A DNA stretch of 64,000 nt. It comes from Bigelowiella natans CCMP2755. Lineage: Eukaryota; Protista; Cercozoa. The notes under the pieces are model-generated. The model ran no database searches and was not told where the DNA came from. It saw only the letters and a list, made by a program, of their open reading frames with translations. The stretch spans positions 33,061 through 97,060 of the forward strand of contig ADNK01000041.1 of NCBI GenBank assembly GCA_000320545.1, read 5' to 3'. The position numbers and the translations under genes were made by a program. Positions 1-16,637 of this stretch are shown one piece after another; the stretch's first letter is position 1, and each line of letters begins with the position of its first letter.

Positions 1-479
<479 letters not shown>

Positions 480-1052
480 GGTTTATTCTACAGCAGGCCA
501 AGTTTTTAACCACGATGGGACCCTAACCCCTTTGAGAATGGAAGCCTCGTAGAGCAACTAAACCGATAACGCCGTCTATCTTGAGGAAAGTCAACGCAGG
601 ATACAAGACGCAAGTAAATAATATCCTGTAAATTTGTCCACCACATTTACTCCGGAGAATTTACACACCGCGATGGTCCCAATTTCACCGAAATCCGGGA
701 ATATTCAAAAATCGGAAAATCTCAAAATCCCGAATGTATCTCGAGTGGAATCCCGCCCTGAATCCCCACATTACATCCTCGCACCGTAGATGATAAAATG
801 CAGGATAATTATAATTAACGGCATGAATCTTCCGCGCATTTTGAAATGAAAAACCTGTCAACCCAGAGTACATCGAGAATACATCCTGCTCGTTTTGACT
901 AAGATCGTTTCTTTAGCTGGCGTGAAGACTATCGATGCAATAACTACAACATCTTAAACATAGCATACATTTATTAGGTAAATGATTGGAATATCTTTTG
1001 TCTATTATTTGAGGAGCAGCTTGTCACTTCCGAACTCGCCGCCCTCCACGTA

Positions 1053-1932
1053 ATGGCTACGCGCAAGCCCTGCATTGCGATCCAGGGCTGCGTCCAGTGG
1101 TTCTTGCTATCATCGGTGTTGGTTTTAGCTTCGTTGACAGCCCTGAAAGCGAACGAGAGGAAAGGATTGCTTGCCTTGACGCCCCAGAGATGCTCCAGTG
1201 TTTCAACGCCAACAGGGGAACGACACACAACCCGACAATTTTCCCGGCAATCCCGATTGCACAGGAAACTTGGTGTAATCGGTTTTCCCAAGTCGACAGG
1301 GAATATGAGGAGACAAATAGGGTCTTCGCATCGTCTTGGGCCAAGGGCGAGCGCTGCTGAGGCTCCTACTAGTGCTGTTGATGCGAAACGAGTTCTCATA
1401 GCAAGCGATAACCTTGGAGATCTCGGCAGCGCAAGTGTTATGGCAGCCAATTACCTTGCTATGGAATTTTATACAAAGTACGTACCACTAACTTTTATCC
1501 CTGAACACAGAGGTCACACCAAAACGCAAACACACACAAACACACACAAACACACACAGACACACACACACACACACACACAAACACAAACACAAACACA
1601 CACATTGATTGCACATGTTTTTAACCATCAATATTCACGCCGTCGCCATTAATGCCACCAGGGGTCACGAGGTGGTGATGGTTGCTTTTGGTGATGCTAA
1701 TGCAACCCTCGAGCGCTTGCCGAGTGAGAATAGGAAGAATCACGCGAGCCGAAAGGAGGCTACACTATTTTTTAACGTCGATACTAACAGCACCGCATCC
1801 CTTGGGGAGCAGTTTGTGGAAGGCGGTGCCCCCACCTCGTTCGATATTGTCATCGATATGTCAAATGTCGCTGCTCAAACGAAGCAGATTCTAGAACTGC
1901 AGCAAGTACAGGAGGCGGAGGTTACCACACAT

Positions 1933-1975
<43 letters not shown>

Positions 1976-2557
1976 CCTCGCCACAAGGACTCAAAATCAC
2001 GCTCGTGGACACATGCAGCAAATATTTCTGCCTTTTATTTGTCTGATATGTTAACGTATGCACGCAATTGATCAGCAAGTAGTCTATATCTCGTCGGATC
2101 TCGTCTATGGGCCTTACCTGAACGTAAAGTCACCTAAGAGCTTAGTTATCATGCCGCATATTCATATCACGTTTATTACCAATATTAGTAATTGTGGTAT
2201 CATCATCACTAGTGGCTGTGTCTAACGTCGAAGTTTTAGCTTCTGTTTCAATCATCACCATTATCCAACACCATTCAACATCATCACTGCTCGTCTTAAT
2301 TGGTATCATCATCTTTCTCATCAAAAGGCATGATCATTATCATTAATTGTCATTAGGGTCCTTGCAGTGAGCAGCGCCCGACAAATCCTTGCACCGAGAG
2401 TGCGGATGAGAAGGCAGAGGGAGAGGCAGCCGTCATGGTGCAGCAAAATGAGGTGCGGGAAGAAGAATCAGGGCGCCCATGGACCATCATCAGACCGGGG
2501 TATGGTGGAGAGTAAATGAATGTAGTAGGGGATTATAAACAAGTTCTCATATGAGAT

Positions 2558-2605
<48 letters not shown>

Positions 2606-2935
2606 GCAACTCAATGCAGGCGGATAATAGCCCCTGGCAGCGAGAAGAGCTTGGAAAACTGGTTCTTTCTTCGACATGATAAAGGTGGCGCGGATACAAA
2701 CTCCATCAGCATGCTGATGCAGCAACACTAGTCGGCGTACGTATGGCTTCCATCCATGTGACTTGTTGGTGTTCGTTGCGGTTGAAGACCGAGATCGTTC
2801 CCTTGTACTACCATATCACCACTAGTGCTGCTATTGCTGCTCTTGGCATTGCAATTGCTGCGTTTTGAGTGAAGATATCTGATAGTACCGACGATGATTC
2901 CCACATGATAATATGCCACCATATATATATATATG

Positions 2936-2984
<49 letters not shown>

Positions 2985-4256
2985 TCAGAAAAGCAAATCT
3001 GCATCCCGGGCCACGGCCAATATCTGCTTGGGGTTGTGCATATAGCAGGTGTGGAGAATGTCAATGTTGCTGTTGGTGGTGGTGGTGATGATGGGGCTGA
3101 AGGAGAACACGACGCGCCTCTCGCAAAGTAGCATAAAGCAGCAGTAAAACGTTGCTTACAATTCTCGCATGCGTCGTGTAGTCCTGATCGTTTATCTCTC
3201 TTTCTCCTCTGGCTCTTTTCTTCCCGCCCCCCCTACCCTCCGCTGTCTTCCTAGATCTAATATCTGGGGTCATGGCTGCCGTTGGTAGCAGCAACGCGAT
3301 TGGACAAGTGTTCAATATGCACAGCAATGATCCCATCTCCTTCGACGGCCTCGCCCTGGAGACGGTACTAGTGCAGTGAGCGGAGTAGCAGTGGGTTGAT
3401 GTGTAAAACCAGCTGTATTTTGTGTATCTCGTCACCGAAGAACGTGGCTAGTGTCCAGTCGCACCATCGTCATTCCCACCCCGTCGTCCTCTCACCCCCA
3501 CCATGATCATGCCAAACATCCTTAGGCAAGGATCTTTGAGCGTGAGGTTGAGTCGGATGACCTCGTTCACTATGATGAGAGCCAATTCACGTGGGTGCTT
3601 CGACGGCGCCACCAGTGAGTACTAGTCCAGTCCTAGACCTGCCGCACTGCCCTGCTGCAAACGCAATGAAAGCAGCAGCCGCAGAGAGGGGGGGGTAGAT
3701 ACGGTTGGGTATGGGAATGAGAAAGAAAAAAAGAGAGAGAGATACTTATTTCTGTTTTGACAAAGCAAAGGGGTTTTAACAATAGCGCAGCAGCAGCAGC
3801 AGCATTGCTATTGCTACGAGAATGCAGATGCTCGGCGTTGTCGTAAAATCCGTCGTGTCTATGTCCCACTGATTGCTCGTTGAAACCAATAACAGATTCC
3901 CAGTGAAACCCATCGGGCACGTAATTCCGACTGTAGATAAGGCTAAGACGCTCTTAGATTGGAGCCCGAGGTAGAAGTGTAGAGACAGCAACAACGGCAG
4001 AGCTAGAAGCCATAATTGTGCGTGGCTAGTAGGAATTAGCGGGTGGGTAGGGGAGCAAGGAAGGAATGAGATGCGGAGAAGACAGTGCTAGATGTGAGAT
4101 TTATGATGGTTCTTCTTCTCATCAGGTACAACACAAGCGAAGCACTGAGGAACTCTCACAAGATGCACTACAATGAGATGTACGTAACAACATAACCAAC
4201 CCCCTTCTGAGAGGAAGTAAAGCCTCCCTGGAACATCTCAAAGCAGATGAATATAA

Positions 4257-4299
<43 letters not shown>

Positions 4300-4674
4300 C
4301 GTATTAATGTTGAGCGATATTGGAAACACTGATGACAGCGACACAGCTGATGGAAGCCATCTGTATTTCTGCATGGTATTAAATCATTCTTTCGCCCATC
4401 TATACGCAGCAAGGCAGCCATTGCTTCCATTGTCACCCCACTCTTATTTTTTATCATTCAATTCACGGATGGGATGTTGTGCATTCAAGGTCGATCGAGG
4501 ACGAGCTGCCAGAGCTGGATTACGAACTGGACGAGATGATCCTGGAAAACCCGCACAAACAGCTACAAATTGCATGGTAGAGGGGGAGGAGGAGGAAGAA
4601 CCATTGCTGCGCCGCCATGCATGCCAACTAGTGTGTTTGTGTGTTTGTGTGTTGTGTGTGTGTTGTGTTTGTGT

Positions 4675-4710
<36 letters not shown>

Positions 4711-4854
4711 TGTGTTCGTGTTTATACGCGTGTGATTTTATATCGAATATGTTCTTCACTCGAAAGGTCGTATCCGCACATAAACTTCAACCGGCCGCTT
4801 GGAGCGGAAGATGCGGATGTGGCAGACACCGGGAACAAATGGGACTGGGAATAA
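1053..4854 (+). CDS. Plastid-targeted CSP41a-like NAD-dependent epimerase/dehydratase-family (stem-loop RNA-binding) protein, about 12 exons
   Basis: Signal peptide plus R/S-rich transit region. Spliced segments KRVLIASDNLG..GHEVVMVAFG, QQVVYISSDLVYG, WTIIRPGRIIAPGSEKSLENWFF, ICIPGHGQYLLGVVHIADL, QVFNMHSNDPISFDGLA, FPVKPIGHVIPTVDKAKTLLDWSP and ELDYELDEMILE are colinear with plant CSP41a as I recall it. Stop at 4852-4854. Confidence 0.8.
1520..1603. repeat. Intronic imperfect (CA)n/(CAAACA)n microsatellite
   Basis: Direct reading. Confidence 0.9.
2921..2982. repeat. Intronic (AT)n microsatellite abutting a 3' splice site
   Basis: ..atatatatactcag acceptor. Confidence 0.9.
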
Positions 4855-5582
4855 GTGCGACGGTGGGTGCACATCCTAGATCTATTACCAATGGCTTGGA
4901 AACATATATACCCGTACCATGGTATAATGGGTGCGCTGCATGCCGCACATGTGGAGCACTGATTATGCATTGTTGTTGCGTTACGCCAGCGCATTGTCCG
5001 TGTTTACGACTTAATGATTTTTTTCAGTTCCACTGTATATATTGACACACACTCTCCCCGGCTTGCACTGCTAAACTTTGGTTCGGCCTATGCATTCTCT
5101 GATGTCATAGTGCTATCGCGATCATACTGCACTGCTTAGCATCGGCTACTGCTGTACGTGGCCTGCGATGTCATGTTATAATGTGTTGTGTGCAATCGTG
5201 CTTGTTTAGATGTCCGGCACAAAGAACATCGTGAAATTGCTGTGACGCATGCAGCGTGCATAGCATGTACGTATGCCAATAGGTGCGGCTCCAATCGAAG
5301 CGGGAGATCCATGTGCGTAATAAGCGGTCACCTTGGAATGGTGTTAACTACACAATGGCAAACATGCGTCACACACAAGCACATATGCACCGCGACTACG
5401 TACAAAGCACGAAAAAATGTACAAGGGTTGTCATAAGATAAGTAAATATACTACGTGGCCTAATGCGCATGCACTATATCGGAGTTTGTTCGAAGCCGAG
5501 CATACTTTAAGACTGATGGAATGCCACATTACCCATAATTGTGGGTAGAACGGTTCTATATTTCCCTTTATTATTACTCAAC
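4855..5582. other. Convergent-gene spacer enriched in TGCA/CATG/TAGC words
   Basis: Lies between the CSP41a-like stop and the hydrolase stop; for example gacgcatgcagcgtgcatagcatgtacgtatgc. Confidence 0.55.
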
Positions 5583-5803
5583 TTAGGAAGAGAAGAAAGC
5601 CAATGCCTCCTTAGCTACTAAATCAGGATACTCCACGAAGTTCCTCTGGGCTCCAGGAGTTGCAATTAAAGGCACGCCTCTGATGAAGGTATAGGGAGCA
5701 TGTACAAAGACAACATAGGAAGAACCATCCGCTTATTACTTTCTTGGACCAGTATGCTATTCAAGCGCTTTTGTGCTCTCTCCCCCCCCCCCCCCCCCCC
5801 CAC

Positions 5804-5859
<56 letters not shown>

Positions 5860-6517
5860 CCCTTTCTCGCTCACACGTCGCACTCACCTCTCAGTGAGAA
5901 AGTCGAGGTCCCGTTCAAAGGCTTCTTGCTCCTTTGCGCCAACACACACAGCGAGGCGTACTGGAACTCCGCTTTCATATGCAGATGCGGCATCCTCTCG
6001 ACGGGGGTATGGGTCTGTTCTTCCCACCAGAAACGCACACTTACCCCATCGTTCCCCCTCAGCTGCGAACTGACGGTTTACCTTCATGGTGACAGTAATG
6101 ATTATGGCGATCATGGTGGTGATAGATCCACGACTACAGAGATGATGGACCAATATGCATCAGAATCTGCGTTGCTAATCATTTTACTAGCAATGGAGTA
6201 GCCGCAGCATGAGAAAGCTTACTACCTCCACGGCCTCGGGGGTGACATTGGACGGATCTTCGAATACGTGGCTAAACGCGCACACAGACGCAAAAATACA
6301 CGGCATGCTTTTTATCAGATCGGTGAACGATGAAGATATATTCGGCTCTCGCTATCGAGGTGTACGAATGCTATCCTGAACGTAAATCGTCGGCACAGGT
6401 CCTCTATTACTTCTATGTCAAACCAAGCTTCGAGAAACGCAGAAAAAGCGTAAGAATTAGAGCCGTGGCGCGGAACATAATTCTTGCGTCCTTCTTACTG
6501 GGAAGAAATTCCAATTG

Positions 6518-6552
<35 letters not shown>

Positions 6553-7937
6553 CAGCGACGCCCGCTCCGCTGGCACCTCCAAAACGCAACACGTTCATCA
6601 AGTACCTGAGCATGGCCTTCTTGATCGATCCTTCCGAGCATTGTGAGGCGTGCACAGCGCTCCCCACTGGGTCGGGCAACTTGTACGCTGCCGCAATTCC
6701 TACATAGGAGGAAGAAGAGTGCGAGACAAACAACAATGATGACGTATCTGAGTGTATCGCTGTAGAGAGCACTCGAACAGCTCACCATCTTCCTCGTACT
6801 CTTCCTTTCATCGCAGTATCATCAGCTAGGTTAGTCGGGTGTTTACCTCCGCAGAGCCCATCAATCAGCAACGGAACGACAGCATTCTCCTTTATGAGGA
6901 AAGTCAATTGTAAGATCACTGCCCTCCTTATTATTATTATCATCTATCGCCGCGACTTCGTTAGAATTCATAGAGTGTATGAGGAAAGGGAACAGGTTTC
7001 ATTCTCTCTTTTTGGACCCGCTTACATGTTGACGACAAGTTGGTCAGGGTCTTTCACTGCGAGGGAAGGAAAGGACAATGATGGACCCCAATCTGTCGAT
7101 GTGGTTTGTATGAGGCGGTACCTTGTTCTTCATCTTCACTGTTGTGAGAGGGCCACGATATGTCGGGTTGAGAAGGAACACGTTTCGAATCATCTCAGGG
7201 TGCTGCTTAGCTGCATCGAGTACATAGAACCCCGCATGTCCGGCACTAACAATATTGATGGCAGCTCCATTGTACTCACTGTTCAGATGGCTGAAAAACT
7301 TTGCCAGAAATTCACGAAAGAATTCTGGCTCGTAAGCGTCGAGGTCGAGCAGCGCTGCATCATTTAGTCCATAGCCCGGGAGCTCCGTCAGGATGGGTAT
7401 AATCTCGGGGGATCCTTCCGGGGCATTTATTGTCATCGAAGCGGCTAGATCTGCAAATGTAGCTCGAGAAGGAACGAACGAAGGGGTGGCGAGGAAGAGC
7501 GTTGGAACTGCTTCACCGCGCTTGGTCGCCACACTTTCATATGTGTCGTACGATATGAGGACCCGCCGTCCTCCAACCATCGTCTCAAAGCTTTTCCGCG
7601 TTCCTTCCGCGGACCCAAGAGGAGATTTCCGAATCTCAGTGTCGTGAACGTTGTCAGGGGCCACCGCCAGCGTGGAGCCCACTACGAGCGAACTTGTCCT
7701 GCTTCTTCGCTCGGGATGATGACGGCGGCCGCTTACCGTACTAACGCGGCAGGGAGACACATAAGATGCAGAACGTGCAGCGGTCCTTGAAGAAAGGATA
7801 GTTGGTAGATTTACAGAGCAAGCCCCGCTGATGAGGAGAATGGCTGTGGCGAGACCTACAAGCGCTATGCTTTTGGCATGCCAAAGCGTCGATCTTCGTC
7901 GCTTCGGTGTATGGAATGGCGCTGCCGATGTGATCAT
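5583..7937 (-). CDS. Plastid-targeted alpha/beta hydrolase-fold protein (cyanobacterial/plant At1g74640-like family)
   Basis: First exon has a bipartite presequence, then ELPGYG, SAGHAG and LLNPTYRGPL. Later exons read GIAAAYKLPDPVG, SHVFEDPSNVT, CAFLVGRTDP and ..RNFVEYPDLVAKEALAFFSS*. Confidence 0.8.
5781..5857. repeat. Intronic poly-C plus (CT)n compound repeat
   Basis: Direct reading. Confidence 0.9.
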
Positions 7938-8859
7938 GATTCAGAAGTATCTCCCCCGTACGAAACAAGAACACGTCCTTCCGGTAATCACGCACTGAGT
8001 ATTGGCTACGTCGAGTCCTAAGCAGGTTCTGTGAGTATGGCAGCCTCGGGAAGGTCGGAGCGAGTTAGATCTAAAATCCACAGAAGGATGAGGAAATGGA
8101 GGAGAATGCAGGCAGTTTTAAACCTAAAAAGGACAGAGAATGCATGATTTCAGATATTACCGCTTGAAATTCCTCTTTGCCACACGTTTGACTACCGCAG
8201 CAATGGGTGGCAGGGATTAGTTCATCTGAGGAAGCAGACAGTTATAAATATGTACGGAATATATCTTAAAAAACTACACACATGATCATCGTTCAAAATT
8301 AAAGTACTGAATATGGATCCAAGCGGTTTCCCAACCTACCTGCAGATATTCTAAGGGCGTAATTCGTACCAGAAGGCTGCTATTTCGTGAAATTTACGCA
8401 GACTTTTCGAATCATACGACATGGAGAAAATGTTGTCGTACCCCAGAAATCAAGAGTGAGTTTGCTCTGTCGACGTGCCCTGCAGCCGGTAAGATTCAAA
8501 GGTCGCTCCCCCCCTTAACTCTGTCCGTTCTCGCAAGGACAGTGTCTCGCCTTACGAGAGAGAAAAGGGGGGCGTATGGGAACAGATTCTCTCCGTTCTA
8601 AGTTTTTATTGTCCTTGCTTTTGAGCTGCGCCACACCTTGTCTTTCTTCCCGATGTAAACCCCCCCCTTTTCCTTCCAAAACAATAATGATTTTTCAAAA
8701 TCTACAGGGTCTACAATTTAGCCCGAAGTTGCTCTCCACCAAACTTGCGAGCCAAATTGCAGAATTTTCCCCTCAATTTTTCCTTTTAACTAAATTTGTT
8801 AGCCACACCACACGATGAACAATCCGGGTTGCTTGTTGGTATTAGACCGAGGATTCAAA

Positions 8860-12330
<3,471 letters not shown>

Positions 12331-12939
12331 AGCAATGGGCGACAGCATGTTAGCCAATTGTGACGACAGTCGTAGCAGAGTTGTGATATCTTCGCCGTAA
12401 CGATGTCAGCAGAAGGGAGAGCGAAATGAGCTAGACGCTCTTTGGAAAAAGTCAAGTCATTAGTCTCACAGCGCTCGCATGCTGCATGGCAGAATTGACG
12501 TTTGTGCTATAAGAGATATGAGCCCCACATCTTGTTATTCAATGTATGACCGATTTGCATGGCGCTGTGCAGGATGTAGAGTGTTAGTAGTGCTTTGATA
12601 AGGCGCTCATGCAACAACAAAGTCGCGCTTTAGCTTCGCAACGAATCGAACGGCCGGCTAGCTAGCTAGGTAGCTTGCTAACCAGGCGCCAACGATGCTG
12701 TGATACGTATCCGTGCATTTTTGCATAGATAAGGCAGACGACGTGCTTTTCTAGATTCGTTTGCATGTGTGATGGGCTAGATCGAAAGACAGATGTGCAA
12801 GCAAGTAGCATGCGCAGCAGTGTGCGTTGCTAGATTATGAAAGTATACAGATGTACACGGTGGGCATGCATGCAAGGGGTTGATGAGCAGAAGTCAGCCA
12901 ATCTAGCAATCGAGCTTCGGGTTATTCTGCCATCGTCCA
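12331..12939. other. Convergent-gene spacer enriched in CTAG/AGCT/TGCA/CATG
   Basis: ggctagctagctaggtagcttgcta and gcatgcatgca. Confidence 0.7.
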
Positions 12940-14745
12940 TTATCTTCTGCGAGCCTTTCTCCTTGCAGCTCCCCTTCTAGTGTTCCCACCCCGTCTGCTT
13001 CTTGAAGCACCCCCTCTTGCACGTGCGGCTCTCTTTTGTGGCTTTAGATTCGAGGCCATGAGCTTGTCCACATCCTTCCCCACCTGATAGATAAGATAAT
13101 AAGTATATATAGATATGCAAGCAGGCGGGTCAGCATCATGGACGAAATCAGCGTTAATACTGCCCACCTTCGCCTCGACAGTAGCATCACGGATCCAACT
13201 CTTGCTCATGAAGTTTTTCTCTACCACTAGATCGAAATCAACATGTCTAGCAATCGCGCGTTTCCGTCCCAGCTCTGCCTTTTTATTGCCCCGAAACTTC
13301 TTAAAGTTAAACAAGCCTCCCCCCCCCTTTTTTTTATCTTCTTCTTCTTCTTCTTCTTCTTCTTCTTCTTCTTGTCCCTTCTCCTTCGGGCACTCGGAGG
13401 AACCCGAAGGGTGTCGTTGGATGGCTGCACCGTGGCGAACAATCAGCTGGTCCTCGTGAATAACATTGTTTCTGCGAGTGTAAATTTTGTGTAAAAAGAG
13501 ATGTCAGATGAAGAATGAATGCCAAATTCTGAGCAAAGCACTACAAACCAAGAGAGGGTTTACTTTACCGAGAATCTAGCTTTCGATCTTCAGTTTCATT
13601 CGGCTTTGACGAGGGTGCATCCTCAAGTTTCACTTGTCCATTACTCCCCTCCTCCAATTTCATACCTGCTGCTGCTAATTCCGAATTGATGATCCTTTTT
13701 GACTTAAAATCCTCCTCAACAAAGTCAAAGATTATCTCGCTTATTCTTGGAATTCTGCGAACTAAATCTTTCCTTCGTTTTACGCTACATCGCAGCGACT
13801 CAATATTGACTTTTCCATCAGATTTCACGTTGTCTGCATTTTTCCTTTTTAGGCTTTTCCAATATTTACCCTCTGCTCCAACCCCAGCGACGTTTTCTTC
13901 GCCATCCCGGTTGTTGTTATTGTTGATGTTGTTGCTACTGCTCCTTCTAGGTTTGGCCACAGAGAGATTATCATCCACTGAGCCCTTGATACCATCAGCG
14001 AAGACCAAATCTTCTTTCTCCTTTTTCACTCTATCATTTCCCCTATCATTCATCACAACGACTTCGTCGGTCACTTCTTTCATTTCAATTTCATCATTCC
14101 TTTCCCAAACAGAGCCAGAAGCCTCTTCTCCTCCGTCTCCCCCTCGACGTCGTGTAGGATCCGTTGCGGATGCTGTTCCTCTGCGGGCGGCTCTACGACG
14201 CCTTTTATTATTAGTTCTGCCATGCCTTCTCGGCTCCACACTTCTTTGAGAGTTGGTTTCTGCCCTAATGCTTTTCTCTCTTCCATTCTGGTCTTCTCCG
14301 TTGACATCGTCTAAGTTCCATTCTAATTTTGGCTGTTCGTCCTGTACCTTCTCCACCTCCTCCTCCTCCTCTTCCTCCTCCTTCTTCTCCTCGAAAAGGC
14401 CGGCGGAGGATTGGAGTGACAGCATTTCATGCAGCTCCTGTTCTTGCGTGTTCCTTTGCTGATTTGTACGACAACATAGATTGATATAATTAGAAGGACC
14501 GAAGTCTGTGGCAGCGCGGCTTTAACCCATGTTTAGTCACGAAACTGACCTTCGTCGGTGCTTTGGGATTGAATAATAATGCCGAATCTTCGTTCAAATC
14601 CGAATCAGACGGGGGTCTGAAGATGCTCTTCTGATCGAAGAAATGCTCCTCTTTAATAGGAGTCCCAGAGAGAATAGCTGAGGGTGAAGGGAAATCATAT
14701 ATGGCGATCTCTACACACAAGGGTTAGACTTATGGTCTGGGCTTG

Positions 14746-14783
<38 letters not shown>

Positions 14784-16395
14784 ATACTACTACTACCGGA
14801 GGGAATGATGTTTGGAGGGTGAAAAGCAACATCGGCTATAGATTCCCATACGTCCGCTGGAAACAGCGATTTGAACGACTCCCCTGTATTGGTTATAACG
14901 AAACCAAATATTAGAACAGCATGCGGTGCGTCATCCCAAGTTTGCGAGCCCAACTTGGTTTTCCATCGTTGGGAGAGTGATTGATGACTGCGAAGGGCGG
15001 CACCGAGCTCCAGAATACCTGAGCCTGGGAGGGTGTAGACGGATTTAGTCTGAGAGTCACTGCTTTTGAGCATACTACTACCTCCCCTCCTGTTAGAAGG
15101 TGCACTTTCGCTTTGGCACGACGAGCTAAGAAAACTCTGGTGTCTTTTTCGAACTGGTCCTGCGTACAGTTTAACCAGATGAACGCTCTGTCCTCAAAAA
15201 GAGACCCGCGGTATCGCCTTTGGAACTCCCCCTCTCTGCAGATCGATTACAGGAAAAGCAGTACTGATGAGGAGGCAAGAGTGCAGACTGATGAAGAAAT
15301 AAGTGGTGTGTACTGGGATTGCGAAAAGCTCATTGCGGAAACAGTGGGTCCCTCTGGTATGGGATGGTACATCTTGGCGTCCGAGGAGGGAATAGCTTGA
15401 CCCAGTTTTGCGAAATCCTGTTGGAAAAACATGGTTTCAGACCGAAGTAGGCTCTATCTGCGTTTAACTTTCGGAGCTCTTCGACCTCTAGCCATCGTAA
15501 ATTGACGATCGGAACCCCTCCGACTAGCGCCATGAGAACCTGTGGAGACGCAGCTTAGTGGATGTTCGAAGTAAAATTCTCTTAAATTGGCACCTTGTGG
15601 GTGGGAATAAGCTTCGGTGTAATCAGATGCGTACATTCCTGAGCCCATGATTTTAGTATCTGAGCACCTAAAAGAAATTGGTGTGTGAAAACACGGCGAC
15701 ATAAAGACTCAATCAAGAATATAGAGCGGTACCTACGAAACGCGCGCGGGTCTCGAGTGTCCTACGATCCTCAGTTGCAATTCTGCTGAAGCAGAAGACC
15801 AAGGGCTTCTTTTCCAATCTAAATTGTGTGCTTTTCTTTTTCACTCCGAAGGTAATGATATCTCCTTCTGCAACCTTTGTAAGTCGTACATTAAAATGGC
15901 AAAAGGTTAGCGTGCTCATCAGCTATGTTATCTTTTGAAGAAGACCTTGGTGGCCACACCCTTCTTCGCCCTTACTTCACCAACCCATGTTCCGTGCCGA
16001 GATCTACTCAGAATAATCATTAAAACTTCTCTCGTCATGAAAGCACGCGATCGACGACCTGTCCGTGAGCGTTACAGGCAGGTGCGGATCCACATAAGGG
16101 GAGTGAGGAAGTGCCAACTCAAATTCACAATGTTTTCGTGAGATTTTGTTGTCAGTCAGTCGCAGTGTCGACCCTAACAATGATTAAATCGAACAGTAAG
16201 TAGGGGAGAACACCCGGCTGTTGAGGTTTGCTCTCACCCTGATTCCGACCAACGGTCCTCGTGCTTCCTCCGAAGAGTAACACTGCGCGAAGAATTCAAG
16301 AGATTAGGACATATAAAAAGGATCTTTGCATCAAGATCATATCGAAACGTACACGGAGTTCCTCCCCCCTCGTCCATGGGAGCAAGAATCCACAT
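12940..16395 (-). CDS. NBS1: Nibrin/NBS1 (FHA-BRCT, MRE11-binding motif)
   Basis: N-terminus MWILAP.., FHA motifs VGRNQG / KISRKH / SRHGTW / IITFG. BRCT segment CTHLITPKLIPTHKVLMALVEGVPIV. C-terminal EDQLIVR...NFKKF (NFKKF at 13294-13308). Confidence 0.88.
14748..14796. repeat. Intronic (TAC)n microsatellite
   Basis: Direct reading; similar tracts near 12088, 26284, 26540, 27572 and 46370. Confidence 0.88.
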
Positions 16396-16637
16396 GCAGA
16401 GAGTTACGGGGGCAGGGCAAGCCCTTCCCGCGAAATTGTTGCTTTTTGATCGCTTCTTCTTCTTCTTCGAGTTGTGGTTTTTAGTTTCCCAATTCCCGAG
16501 AATTCCGTATCCTTTTCTGCATTGCGACAAGGAAATTATTCAGAACCAGGAGGAAAATAGCACTACCGCAAGATCCACGTGCCGACAATCCCCACCACCA
16601 ACCACTACGAACGAAGGATTAACACTTCCGCAACTAC
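16396..16637. promoter_or_regulatory. Probable bidirectional promoter, NBS1/Deg
   Basis: Only 242 bp between the divergent ATGs. Confidence 0.6.
16425..16435 (-). promoter_or_regulatory. E2F-like site TTTCGCGGGAA upstream of NBS1
   Basis: Matches the TTTSSCGS consensus, 30 bp upstream of the NBS1 ATG. Confidence 0.5.

Noticed and set aside
520-532. ACCCTAACCCCT, telomere-like
   Set aside because: Fewer than two full units; expected by chance.
2650-2735. Apparent frameshift or stop in CSP41a after NWFF, suggesting a pseudogene
   Set aside because: Resolved by an intron (G|GTGGCG...CTCAG|AA) that restores WFFLRHDKEKQICIPGHG.
13565-14462. Long antisense ORFs over NBS1, PPR and myosin exons (for example 13686-14249 on +)
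   Set aside because: Shadow ORFs of low-complexity coding sequence on the opposite strand.
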